A stretch of 63,475 nt of DNA, the filler included, from Hyphochytrium catenoides (Eukaryota > Protista > Hyphochytriomycota): the NCBI GenBank assembly GCA_900088475.1. It is 7 parts of 7 records of this genome, joined end to end, with 100 filler letters (N's around TTAATTAATTAA, not from the genome) between each part and the next. Parts side by side here need not be neighbours in the genome. Positions count along the whole stretch, not along the records: positions 18,681 to 29,476 come from FLMG01001588.1; positions 29,577 to 31,209 come from FLMG01002735.1; positions 31,310 to 42,462 come from FLMG01002926.1; 4 more parts are not named here. One strand, written 5' to 3'. Made by a program: the position numbers and the translations under genes. The notes under the pieces were generated by a model, which worked only from the letters and a program-made list of their open reading frames with translations, was not told the DNA's origin and searched no databases. Shown piece by piece: positions 23,064 to 35,529 of the stretch (position 1 is its first letter; the number at the start of each line of letters is the position of its first letter).

Positions 23064-24669
23064 GTTAATGGTTCCGCCGCTGCTCGTCCTGCTCAACCAC
23101 CTGCTGCTGTTGCTCTATCTCTTGGATCGACTGAGCGATGATGATGATGATGGTTGCCAGGCACCGCCCAATGATTAGTAAGAGTTCGTTGTATCTCTTA
23201 ACTTGATGAGAGGAGGCAGCAGAGCCGTAGTAGGTAGATGCACCAGTAGTAGATGCACCAAACATTGAGCCAACGGCGGAGAAGTGCTTAAGTGGAAGGT
23301 AGACCGATCACTGATGATGATGAGCTCTCCCTCCGCGGCTCAGTCGTCATAAGAGCCAATCTCAAGCGCCGCGGCGCCGCGTCTTAGTGCGGACAGGATG
23401 TCGCACACCATTGTTATTATTTGAGACATCGAAAAGCTGCAGATGATGGTGTGTCTGTCTTTTCTTATGCTGCTCCTCCCGTTGTCAGAGGGTAATACTG
23501 AAGAGTTACTCTGTACCAAAAACTGAGACCCAAAAATAGAAAGCAGAGCAGAAGAGACCGAAAATAGAAAGATAAGACTTTATAGGTTTTACAAGAACTC
23601 GAAAGTAAGGGAGACCGAACAAAAAGACGAGGAGGAGTCAGGTCGTCAGGTCAAAGTGCAGAAGAAGAAGAAGCAGAACTTGCGGAATCTCGAATTCCGA
23701 ACTGATATTATTGGAAATAATAGTGAGAAAAGTGCGATTTACTTATATAAAAAATTGACGAGATTTATGGAGGAAGAAAATTCTTCTTCCTCTCCTTCTT
23801 CTTCTTCCTTCTCTTTTTCTTCATCTTTTTACTTCTTCTTTTATTACTTCTTAGTAGTTATTAGTAGTACCTAAAGAAAACTAATAAAAAGCTTCAACTC
23901 CTGAAAATGCCTTCCTTTCTCGCATCATTGGAGAGAAGGATGAACTCTCGCTTCTTCTTCGATGGCCCCACAGCAGCCGCTTCTGGTCAATGGCCGTCCC
24001 TTGGAGGCCGGGTGAAGTCCTGCTACTTTCCTCTTTCCTTCTGTGTATGGCCTGCTCCTATAATTCTTTGTAGTTTCTCTTTTTAGTCTTCGTATGTAGG
24101 ATCGTACAGATTTGCATCTCTTCGTATTATTTAGACAGTAGTCGACTTCATCCTCTTTACTAGTTTCTTGATAATGAAAAGATCCTTTAGAAAGCCAAGA
24201 ATAGATGGGCTATAAATAAGACTTAAGAAGCTTTAGAAGTCTGCTGACTATGAAAGCCAAAGAAAATCGACAGAAAAAAGCTGATGAGACCTTTTTTTTC
24301 TCTTTGTTTGGGGCGCTTCTTATGGTGGAGCAATCTTTATAAGAGACGGTAGAGGAGGCCGATGCAGAGAGAGAAGAGAAAAGGAGAAGGAAGACGGTGG
24401 AGAAGGAAGCGTCGTACTGAGTGTGAATAGAGAGGACTCAGCAGCCCGCGCGAGAGAAGGGTACGGGAAGAGGGCGGAGAACGAATAGAACAGACATCAG
24501 AGAGGAGCGGAAGAAGAGGTACCAGAGGAGAGGAGCAGATTGTGGTCTGACAATCGGCCGAGGACAAGGATGATGATCCAGCCCAGAAGCCTGGCAACAG
24601 GCCCGGTGGCCACGGTCTTCGGTCTGCTGCGGCAGATTGACCGTCTTCGAAGTCAGGATATGCCCACAG

Positions 24670-25152
24670 CTACGGAGGCGGATCTGACGGCCCTGTTGGG
24701 CAAGGACCGACAAAAGGACAACAGGTGGAGGATCCAAATCGATCAAAACATTTTTCAGAGTTGAACAAGTCGACTGCCTTAGACGATGAGTGCATGTGTA
24801 GAGGGAATAGAAGGTCTTGAGAGAGAGAGAGGCTGAAGCGGGCACAGGTGGCGCCACCCCGGGGCGCCGCAGACGGGGGCTCAACTCTACAACAGACAAC
24901 TAACATCGGATTGGGGCTCTCTGTAGGTGGGTCGGGGCGGTCAGGGAGGGCAGGATTACGTGCCCCCGCCGACGCAGGCTCTAATATGGCTTCCGTAGGA
25001 GTGGGAGAGGAAGCAGCAGGCAGTGGAAACGGGGTAGCTTTGGTGCAACTACAACACGAGGGGAAAGAAAGAAGAGACGAGGAAGAAGCGAGGAGAAGTA
25101 GGAGGAGAGGGAGGGCCACTGGATGAGGCGGCAGCAGGAGCTTCACTACCAT
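24670..25152 (-). CDS. Candidate small secreted Pro/Cys-rich protein (160 aa)
   Basis: ATG at 25152, hydrophobic leader (VALPLLLLLLASSSSLL), Pro-rich middle, Cys-rich end (VVCC...TC...KC...TCCPFVGPC). No family recognised. Confidence 0.35.
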   Translation of the reverse strand: MVVKLLLPPHPVALPLLLLLLASSSSLLSFPSCCSCTKATPFPLPAASSPTPTEAILEPASAGARNPALPDRPDPPTESPNPMLVVCCRVEPPSAAPRGGATCARFSLSLSQDLLFPLHMHSSSKAVDLFNSEKCFDRFGSSTCCPFVGPCPTGPSDPPP

Positions 25153-25929
25153 GTGGGACTTGGAGACGGAAGGCAGGAGAACCCATGGAGACTTGAGCGG
25201 CGAGTAAGGGTGGCTTGACAAGTCTCCATCGTGACGAGACACGGAGAACAGCTTCAGAGGAGAGTGGTGCCATGGGAGTGGGCGGCCGGAACCTTGAGCT
25301 TGCGGAACAGCCTGGCCTAGTGGGGCCAAGTATTTCTTGCTTGAGAGAGAGAGCCCCGCACTAACCCTCTCCCGATAGTTGAAGCCCAGATAATGGATTC
25401 TTCTCCAGGACAGTCAGCGCAGGCCAGAAGGCCCTTGATCGTCTCCATCGCGGGGGCGGAAGTGAGCAGTGAGCCATGGCCGGAGACGGCGAGAGAGGAG
25501 GCAGCGAGAGGAAGAAAGAGATTCTTATTCAGAGCTTTTTGAATTTTGAGTCAGATTAGATGATTACTACTAGAGCTGATCTCTTAAACCTTGGGATATT
25601 TTGATATTTTGTACGGAGATTGAAACTTACTGAGTAAACGCCATCTAGCTTTGAGAGCAATGTGCGGACCCTGCATTTGATTTTTAGTGCGCACCAATAG
25701 TCCTTTCGTCCTCCCCCTTGTCATCAACCTCAAGCGATCGGGACATCTGGATCTTCACTTCTTCCCTGATGGGCACGGTTGCCGCTGCTCCAGGCTCCAG
25801 ACAGCTGATCAGCAGAGCTCAGATGGAGACGCAGGACTGGATGCAGGTGACTTAGTGAAGACAAGAAGCTCTATAAACAGAGGCTGGCCACGAGAAGCAC
25901 CAGGGTCTCGCTGGTAGTTGGCATGAGCT

Positions 25930-28846
25930 ATGTTGTCCTCTGTATATGTCTTACGGGCTGGCGCCGTCCTGGTGGCGGCCATCGCTATCTTGGGTTCAGT
26001 CTTTCGGGCTCCGCTAGAACACTTGCTGTTCCATGAGCCTTTCTCAGAAGAGGAGCTACGTGAGATGTTAGCAGTGATGGTGAACATCACGCGGCCTGAT
26101 GCTGTCGGCATGGGACAACAGGAAGGGATGAGAAAGAATGGCATCGCTGTCTGCTGCAGTGTAGATCTTGATGTATCTGTGCGAGCCGTCGACCTCCTCC
26201 GGGCAATGAAGGTTGAGATTCGATCCGCCCGGCACCATGAACGAGTTCATACGCTTACGGAGCTTGGAGAGAGCTTCGGCTTCTATTTCAAGCAGGGAGC
26301 TGCGGCTGAGCAGAGCATGGTCCGCTTCGTTTGCTCTTATCCCTCTTTCGGAGTCACATCAAGCTCACATGCTTTTGTCTCCCTCGCAGACTGATCTGGA
26401 GCTATTCCGAAGAGTCATCGCGCACGCTGACGCCATCCCTTCAGTTCAGCACACTCTGGGAGGCAATGCCGCCACTATCGCCCAGAGAGCAGCCGTGGAG
26501 GGCCATCGAGTGCTTCTTGGTGCCGCCATCGGAAAGAAGCTGCAGAGGTTTCTTCATAGCAACGTCCAGGTGAAGTCCTTGTAGGTGGTCCGCATCTTCG
26601 CTGGCGAAAAATCTTATGTGTGGGTCACTGGTGCAGGTCTCCGGAGGGCTGGATGATGAGAAGCATGAAGATGTACATCTAGTGATGGAGGTATCTTTCT
26701 CTGGATGGGTGGCCTGACTCTCTTCTGTCTCTTACCCTCGCTCCCTCTTACCATATTCTCGCCTACTCTCACTTTTTCTCTCCTCACCCTTCGGAAAGCC
26801 CCTCTCCCAGTCTCTCCTCTCTCCCTTTCTCTCGCTCTCTCTCCTTCCCCCCTTTCCAAACCAACATTTCTCTCTCTTCCCTTCTCGTATTTTCCTCCTT
26901 CCCTCTTCTCTCATTTTCTCTCTCTCTCTCTGTTGCGCTTCTTGCGCTGAGATCTTCGTTGCTGCGGGGATGCCGGTCTCCTGTTCCTCAGACACTCCCT
27001 TTGCTGATTCGGCAATCCTTGGTCTGTGCTCTTCCCTTCAAGAGAATACCTTGGTGGTGACTAGGTTCCGCTGCCCTGAACCCGGACTCTTTCTTAGCCT
27101 CAACGTCTCTACTATTGTCTCCCTCATCATCTTGTCCTTCTCCATTGGCTCAGTATTCCAGGGACGACAACTGGCATGGACTGACATCTGTCCGAGCAAA
27201 CCGGTACTATCTAAACCACGATATCTATAATGCACACCTGACGGCCATGGAGGACTTCAAGCATGAGATCCAGAACTTCAGACCCAAAGTGGTTAGTCGT
27301 ACCTCTGCTGCCACATGCTTTTATGATGGTTTCTGACCTCATAGCTACAGGTTGCTATTGGCGGTCTACAACTGCTCGAAGTGGTCCAGGACTACGAGGA
27401 AAGGAGACGAAAGCTTAGGTCACTGTCAGACTTCCTCCAAACATCTCTTCAGTCAGGAGTAGACACACACTTCGAACTCGCTAGCGCTTCAGGTGAGAGA
27501 TGTCGCCGACTGTCTGGCGCGCGTCTTGTCCTCGTGGGTCGTCTGATGCTCTGAGCGCTCTCCTCCGACTTTTCACATTTTCTCTCTTTCATGTACCGCC
27601 ACCTGTGTCTCAGATGTCGATCTGTATGAGAATCTGGTCAGCCTTGTGATGCCTCATAGCACCTCTCTGGGTATGAATGAGCAGGTAGCGTCTTCTACAG
27701 TGCCTCTTTCCACTCTAAGTCTTAGCATTCAGGGCATTGCATCTTCACCTGTCGCAGGCAGCTCCTGTCTCCTTCTCTCAGCATAATTCTTTCCTCTATC
27801 TGCCTCTGTAATACCCCGCTCGCCCTAGTCTCTACCTCACTATCAGCGGTAATGACGTTTCGCCTGTCTTGCTCTGCGGCAGTGCTTCGTTAGCTCTCAC
27901 TCTTATAAGCCCTTTGTTTTGCCTTAACGACTAGGAACTTCATGCTCTCCACCATTACGTCTTCTATGGCTATTTGCCCTTTACGGGCTTCGCCAAGCCC
28001 AGGGTTAGCGACGTGACGGACATGATCGGGGACATCTTGCAGCTTGCTTCTTTGAACGGAGACCCTAGTGTTCCTCACTCGGCTGTCTTTTCTCGGCTAA
28101 AGCGTTTGCACTTCCACACCTTGCCCTTCCATATACTATGTCAACGGATAGATAGTGGCCTACCAGATCCCACTCGGTCATTGATAGAAGGAGTATTATT
28201 AGCCAGCAGACTTGGCTGCGGCAGTGCCTCCGCTTCCTCTACACTATCAAAAGGTGGGAACATGGGAACAAAAGTATTACGCGCTTGCTGCTTACTTGCG
28301 CCTCCTTTGCTCTGCAGCCTCCGAAATAACAATCGACGCTAAGGATCTGACGGTACTCCTTGCCAAGGGGTTCCAGCTCCGGAAAGAGGATTTGCATTAC
28401 ACTTTCCTTAACCCTCGGAGCCCATTCACAAGCTGGGAGGTGAGTTTAGGGCACCTCTGCTTGGGATTGTACTTGCTGGTTAAGCCTCTGCGCCTCTTCC
28501 TGTTTTCATTCCTCTTTGTGATCTACAAGTATCACCTTTCTCTTCTCCTCGCTGCTAGCTCTTCTCTATCTATAATTCTCTGCCTAACCAGTGCCAGAGG
28601 CCGATGAATGCCTGCAGGCAATATGTCTTCATTTTCCTGGGCCTCTGTTACTTCTTCCACAACCTTATAGGGGCCTATGTACCCCACGGCCCCTTTCTCA
28701 TCTGACTCACTTCCTCTGTCGGCGCATCTAAGGTCGGCAATTTCACATGCACATTGGCTCCGGTGCTGCCATGTCGATCTGTGAAGAAGACTGCAGGGCT
28801 GGGAGACAACATCTCTGGTGCAGGTCTTGCCTATCATTATTTATAG
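25930..28846 (+). CDS. ADPGK: ADP-dependent glucokinase, multi-exon, with N-terminal hydrophobic anchor
   Basis: Spliced motifs: GAAAEQ, LGGNAATIAQR, RANRYYLNHD, IGGLQLL, THFELAS, SLGMNEQ|EL, RLHFHTLPFHI, LAPVLPCRSVKKTAGLGDNISGAGL (GxGD). Stop TAG at 28844-28846. Confidence 0.92.
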
Positions 28847-29476
28847 CGCAGTCCTGCCCAGTTCTAATATGTAAAGAAGCCAGCTTCTGCCTTAAAGCAC
28901 CGTCACAGCTAGTTCAAAGCACAGTTGACTGTCGCGCACTACCAGAAGTCAACCTTTGGTTGGCCTTCTCTTTGGAAGGGAGAGAGAGAAAACTGACAAG
29001 GAGAGGGCCAGGCCACGCAGTCTGTAGCTACTAATCATGCGGCTCAGCACCCCCTGCAAAGCCTCCTTCTTAGGTCTCGGACAATATAACGCTGCAGTGA
29101 ACTATCTACGATGGGTGCAGTCCAAGGACAGGGTTGGATAAAGTAGAAAGAGGCAGCTCGTACGTGAGAGAGAAGAGGAAGAGAAGCTTTATGACGAAGG
29201 CTTCGAAGATGAGGGTGATCCACGGACTGAAAGGTAAAGGGCATTCATGACTGGGAGAGAGAAGAAAGAGATTGAAAGACTAAGAGAGAGAGAGGGAGGA
29301 GAAAGCTGGAGAGAGAGAGATGGCGGAAAAGAGAGAGAGAGAGAGCAATAAGCCTGTAAAACAGTACTGAGAGATGTGCACCGTAAACAGCCACATACTA
29401 CTACAACAGCCTAATGTAACGGATGGGAATGTAACGCCCTTACCTGATTCTTCTCCTTTCTCTTCTCTCTCTCTCT

Positions 29477-29576
29477 NNNNNNNNNNNNNNNNNNNNNNNN
29501 NNNNNNNNNNNNNNNNNNNNTTAATTAATTAANNNNNNNNNNNNNNNNNNNNNNNNNNNNNNNNNNNNNNNNNNNN
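29477..29576. other. Artificial contig linker
   Basis: N-TTAATTAATTAA-N, 100 bp. Confidence 0.97.
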
Positions 29577-29818
29577 AGAGAGAGAGAGAGAGGAGAGAGA
29601 GTGAGAGCAAGGAAGGGAGAGCGGAGCTGGCAGAGAGAAGAGAAAGACTATTGAGAGAGACGAGAAGAGCAACACAGCAAAGAGGGCTCTTTCCCTCTCC
29701 GGCAACAGGAAGGAGAAGTAACCTAAGACGCTCTCTTGCCTCTTGGAGGGTACCGCGATAGGGAGACTGGACTTAGCGGCGCTCAGAGGGGAAGAAAGAA
29801 AGGACCAAAGACGAAGTG

Positions 29819-31209
29819 ATGAGCTCGCTGGACAGGACCGCGGTCCAACAAATGATCGAGGAGCAGCGCCGAAGGCAGCAGAAAGCGCAGGAGGACGAGG
29901 AGGAGCAAGGAAGGAAGACGAAAGAACTCATTCGAGGCGCTCTTCTAGCTGGATCTTTGGATGAGAAACACTACGGCGATCACTTAACAAGAGAAGGTCT
30001 GTCTGCGCCACTTCCTCTTCTTTATGTCTCTCCCTTCTTGTTTACCTTTAATCTTTCTGCTCGGTCTCACTTGTCTTCGAACTACTCTCTCCTATTTAAC
30101 CTAGCGAAGGCAGCTCTTTGCTCTCTGACGACTCCGGTGCCTCGTCTCCTTTCTTCTTCTCTCTCTTCCTGTCTCTTTCTCTCGGTATCTCTCTCTCTTT
30201 GTGTTTCTCTCTCACTCTCTCTCTCTGTGAATAGCGGTGGAACAGACGACAGGGCGTCTCGTTTCCCTTCTCTCTTCCCTCCGTCTCTTGCAAGAGGAGT
30301 ATGAGAAGAAGAGGATGGAAGGTATCACCGGGGCCACAGCACAGATCAGAGCGCAGAAGCTTGTCGAGACCAAAAGCTTCAAGGAGGAGAAGATAGCGCC
30401 AAAAGAAAGAGAGATTGCGATGCTCAGAGCAGAGATTAAGGTATAAGAGAGACCGAAGCACTTCCAGGTTCACGGCTTTCTCTCTCTTTCTCTCTCAATC
30501 TCTTTCTCGTCCACTCTCTCTACCCACTGCCTGCCTTCTACTTCTTTCTCGGCTCTGTCTCTTTGTCTCTAATGAGAAATGCCTCATACCGTGTACCTCG
30601 TGACATCTCTTCCTCGTTATAACTCTTTCTCTCTATCTGCTCCTTGTGGGGTTAGGCGCTTTCGATCCTCCCCAAGCCTAGACGTCCACCAGCCAAAGGG
30701 GCAGAGATACTTAGCAGAAAGATTGAAGAAGAGAAAGGCCGGGACTTTCTCTCCCTCTTGGACTGGGAGAGGGAGATCAAAGATCAAGTGCAAGGTCTTC
30801 CGTACGCCGCTGTGGTCAAGCTAGTGCAAGAGAGCAAGAAAGAGCTAAAGAGATTGGAAAAAGGTAGCAATGGGCACATTAAACAGCTCCTGAAGGTTAG
30901 AGCCCCGCTTCTTTCTCTCTTTCTTTGCCTCTCTCTACCTATGCTCTATCATAGCTACGACTGTTCTTCACGATGCCTCTCTTTATTCTCTGTCTGCTTT
31001 CACCTTTGTATGCTGCGCCCAACGCGTTCCAGTCCGTGTTCTAAGTCTTTCCTATGCCTTTTGCCTCAGCCATCGCGCATTTTCATTCTCTCTCTCACTC
31101 TCTTTCTCTCCCTTTTTCTCTCTCTTTCTCTCTCTTCCCATCCCTCTCTTTCCTCCGTTTTCCCTTCCTTCATTACCTAGATCGGCCGACTCTGCACGAA
31201 AGTTAATGA
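29819..31209 (+). CDS. Partial coiled-coil protein, weakly DRC2/CCDC65-like; truncated at contig end
   Basis: Exons ~29819-29996, 30235-30440, 30656-30895, 31181-31209 splice in frame: ...KEREIAMLRAEIK|ALSILP...KLVQESKKELKRLEKGSNGHIKQLLK|IGRLCTKVN. The gene is likely real; the family call is weak. Confidence 0.5.
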
Positions 31210-31309
31210 NNNNNNNNNNNNNNNNNNNNNNNNNNNNNNNNNNNNNNNNNNNNTTAATTAATTAANNNNNNNNNNNNNNNNNNNNNNNNNNNNNNNNNNN
31301 NNNNNNNNN
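31210..31309. other. Artificial contig linker
   Basis: N-TTAATTAATTAA-N, 100 bp. Confidence 0.97.
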
Positions 31310-34300
31310 CTATTATCTGGTCGCTCGAAGACATTAAACAAGATCTTGGCCTGAGATTGAAGGGAGGCATCGAAGGCACTTCCTGACATAAACTCTGGGA
31401 CCTCCTCCGATGGCCTGTAAGCAAGGACAGTCTCTTCAGAAAGGAACTAGGAAGAAGAAGAGATTGGACGGGATACTAAGAAGATAACGAGCACGACATC
31501 GGCATCCCTTCCCGCGCTTTACTTTATCTCGCTCTTCCTGCCCACTGATCGCTTGCCAGTCACTACTCTCTTGCATGCATTCCTACCTGGGTGTCCCCTT
31601 CGTCCCTATACTATTGGTAAGATATGAAGTAGAGGATTTCATCGCCATGTACTGCAGGTGTAATGGATCTGAGAGTGTCTTACTCGCTCTTCCCAGCACT
31701 GTCGGACCACTTGGGCCCACTGTCACAGACGTTAGCACTAGCAGAGTTTGCAAACCCAAGGAAGTGAATGCAAGATAAGATGGGCGAATCAACGGGCTTG
31801 CATCACGAGGATGACCTTCCCAACATTTATCCTTACAGACCAACCAGAACAGAACCTTCAAACGAGAAAAAGAGGTGAAATCCCGTTGTCTGAAGAATGA
31901 AAAGAGAGCCAAGAGTACTAAGAGGGAGGTCAGCAACGGCGACGTGGTCTCATCTTACAATTGCGCACTGCGAGAGTCCGGTTTAGAGCACTCACTGGAT
32001 CCTCAAGGTAGAAACGCTCAAGAGGGTGGAAATAAAGAGCTGGCGCAAAATCTGTTTCCAATTGTCGGAGATCGCAGTAACGATTTTGATAGGGGGAACG
32101 CGAGTACGGAAGACCCATCAAACGAAGAAAGATAACGATTTGGAATGAAAGGGGAACGGTTGAGTTAGAGAAGAAGGGAGATGAGATCAAGCAAGTTATT
32201 TCTTCTCCACTTCTCTCACCACTTGTTCGTTTGTCACTACCTGGCCTAGGCTGACTACGAAGCTCTCTATACCCTATCTGTACAGTCGCCTCGACTCAAC
32301 CTTTGACCTCCTCTTCTCCCTTCTCCCATCTGAGTATGAGCGGATTTGGCCCTTGTCCCTATTTTCTGTCGTTGACTTGTCGGGAAGGGATATACCACAT
32401 GCCCCTCTGCCAGCCAACCCATCGATGACTTCTCTCATTTCCCTTACTGCTGTTACCACCTCTCATTTAATGTATCTAGCCTCTTCGTTCTCCTCACCTG
32501 CAGCCAGAGACCTAGCCATTTCGAGGCTGTCGGAGGATTTGCACTCACTCCATGCCCCATCCACAAATCCCGCGCGAGGATAACCGCATAGTTTCTTAGG
32601 GCTTTCTTCTCCTACAACTCGCCCTGCCAGGTATACGGAAAGCACCAAGAGCACAGATGGACCCATGCTTCTCACACTTCTTCCCATAATTTGAGCGCCT
32701 TAAAAGTGATCCTGCTGACCCAGAAGAAGAGCTCCACCTCCTTCAAGTCTTGCCACCCCTGGAAGCCCGCAGGCAAGCTAGGATCAAAAGTCTCCTTTAC
32801 TATGATTGTTTGCCTCCTTCGACTAATTTGGTCGTTTCCGCCTCCTGCTTGTCGTCTTTTTCTCGTTTTCCGGCAGATGATGGAGCAACTAACCGCAAAG
32901 CCGCGCTCTCAAAGCAACCCTGCCCCGATGACTGAACTTCCAGTTGGAAGAAGCCCTCTCGTAGTGTTTTGGTTGGCGGCAAAGTCGGCAGTCGGCACGG
33001 ACCGGAGGACAAAAAGCACTCGGGAAGCTAGGAGGGATCCGAGACAGTCAGAACCCCCAGAAAGTAGACAAAACAACATCATAATAAAGGAGGAGGGCCG
33101 ATAGGTTTACCTCTGAAGCAAGGAAGGAACAGCCTCGCGAACAGCAGCCGCAGGCCTGGACGGTAAACCGCGCAGGTGTGGAACAGCCAGAAGACGCGGC
33201 AGTCTTGGTTGAGCAGAGCAGAGATGTGCCCAAAGAGATCCTGTTGGATCGCCGTTCGAGAGTTGAGCTACTGTTACTACACGCAGTCTCTAACGTATAG
33301 ATAATACCCCTTATTCCTGAGCCCAGGACACATGGTAATATTGTTGCGATGGAACTTCATTAGTTCTTGGTGCCCCTTCAGGTTCAAAAGCTACCGTGTC
33401 CCGAGAAAGACGGAGTGTTGGAGGCAATTCCTGATGGTACCTGCTTTAGGCGAGCTTACCCATACATTTGGGAATTTTGTTGTGTCTAGCCTCCAGGGAT
33501 ATTCGTTTTTACAGGGGCGTCAACTCAGGAAATATAAAACTAGGATAGGGCAATAATTTACCTTTGTGTACTGTAGTTCTGTGGTGTGTTTCCGCTTTAG
33601 TTCCTGAATTATCATTAATTAGTGATGGCCTATGACTGTTCTTGAAGTGCTTTCCTCTGCAATCAACGTTACAGAGTAGTTCTATTCAAGATCTGAGAGG
33701 GTCACGACTGCACTTGCATTGCAGACATGGAAGACAGAAAGCTCTCCCTGGAAGACGGGACTTCCAAAGATTTTGAACTACGACTTTCGACGACGCGTGC
33801 GTGAAGTTTCACGACTGCATCAGAAATCCGAATCCCAACAATCGACTCTTTGAAGCTACAAATGCACTTTCATTATGCTGTTGCTCCCGGTATCCTTTGT
33901 CCCGTGCTACTACTTCTTCGATGCTTCCTAGCAAGACCTTTACGTCTGACCTTCCACCCTGTCAGTGAACGAGCCGCTTGATTTGCCATTGGAAACAGTA
34001 GACATCTGTAAGCTCGTTATTATCTTGATGATGTCTGCCAACAAAGGTTGCTTCGCACAGTGCCTCCTCTTTTGCCCTAGCAAGTTAAAGGTGCTGAAAA
34101 CGAGGTGAACCTGCCATTCGTGAGTAACGCCTTGTCTCTTCTGAAAAAGAGAAAAAGTCATCTGGGGTATCGCAAATACACGTTGAGTCTATTATTAAAA
34201 CACCTCCGTCAACTGAGGGGGAACAGAGTTCCTTGCCTAGATTCACACGTTGCCCTACTACTACCCTCCATGCACCATGTTCTCACTTTGGATGGATTGG

Positions 34301-35413
34301 CAGCTTTGATGATGGAGCGTTGCGCTCCTTGTGACTCTTAGACCTTATAAAGCCGAGAGCTGTCAATAACCGCTGACTCAACCGATGAGTGCGCTCGGAA
34401 GAATGGGCAAAGCCAGACCTTGCACAAGATTTTCCCTCCAGGAGCCAATCGAAGCCTCCAGCAGCGGTCCAAGAGCAGGTAAAAGTTGCCATGGTTTACG
34501 AGCTAGCAATAACGCGGACCTAATCGATACTGAGGAACTTGAAGAGTGACTAGGCAGGTCTTTCAGTTGAGGGACACCATAGCAACAACCAGTAATACGA
34601 AGAAGAGTCAGTGGAGTATGTGTAGAAACAAGGCAGCTTACGGCCGAATTTCTAGTTCGAAATTGGGTCTCAAAGCCGTCGAGTTCAATTTCGCCCAGCT
34701 TGGAACAGATTTACGCCTGACGAATAAGAAAAAAAGTGTCAAGTCTGTATATCTCAGTGAGGGAGGAGATAGAGAAGTAAGAGCAGGATGAGACTGGAAG
34801 CCACCTTTACTAAGATACTGGAGCTCATTCCTCATTTTGCCATAAGCTTGCACATCCGGTAGCGGTGTTACGTTGGACCTGCAGCTCAGCAGGAATACCT
34901 TAAAGGTGGACTGGTCAGTGCTTTTTTAAAAATCGTTCGTGTTGTCCCCTTCTCTTATAGCTAGAAAGAACGGATGAGGTAAGTGGGTAGAGGCGCGGCC
35001 CGCTGATCTTCACCGATCCTTACCAAATATGTCTCATCATCTACTAGTTTTATGCCTTCCATAGCCGAGCCGAGAAAGGAGAGGGAATGGCAAAACTAGC
35101 ATAACGTAGGCGAAGAGAGTGCAGAGATATGGATACTTTTATTGCAAAAGCAACACATTCAAGTGGAACAGCTTTCATATCGGGAAGGAGGAATTTCAGC
35201 TTATTATGACCCAATTGGGTCTATTACTAGACACTCAGGGAAGTTCGAAGCTAGCTAGATACGGTTGAGCCGAGCCAAGTGACTTGAAAGTATCAGCACC
35301 AAATAGAATGACAAATTCAGATGAGTAGGAGTTTCTTTTGGCTTAGTGAACTGAGGGATGGAACGGTAGAGCGACTAAAACTGGAAACGGAGAGGCAGAA
35401 GAAAAGATAGGGC

Positions 35414-35529
35414 CTCTTTGTTGGATCTGGCTCTGGTCTCTTGATTCCCTAAACTCTCTCTACTCGGCAGTCTCTTTGTTGGATCTGGCTCTGGTCTCTT
35501 GATTCCCTAAACTCTCCCTACTCGGCAGT
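35414..35529. repeat. Tandem duplication, 2 x 58 bp, overlapping the ZIP stop codon
   Basis: CTCTTTGTTGGATCTGGCTCTGGTCTCTTGATTCCCTAAACTCTC(T/C)CTACTCGGCAGT at 35414 and 35472, one mismatch. Confidence 0.95.

Noticed and set aside
31310-35000. RT-like SYLGVP at ~31581 and other fragmentary frames
   Set aside because: No supporting RT motifs and frequent stops; probably decayed sequence I cannot assign.
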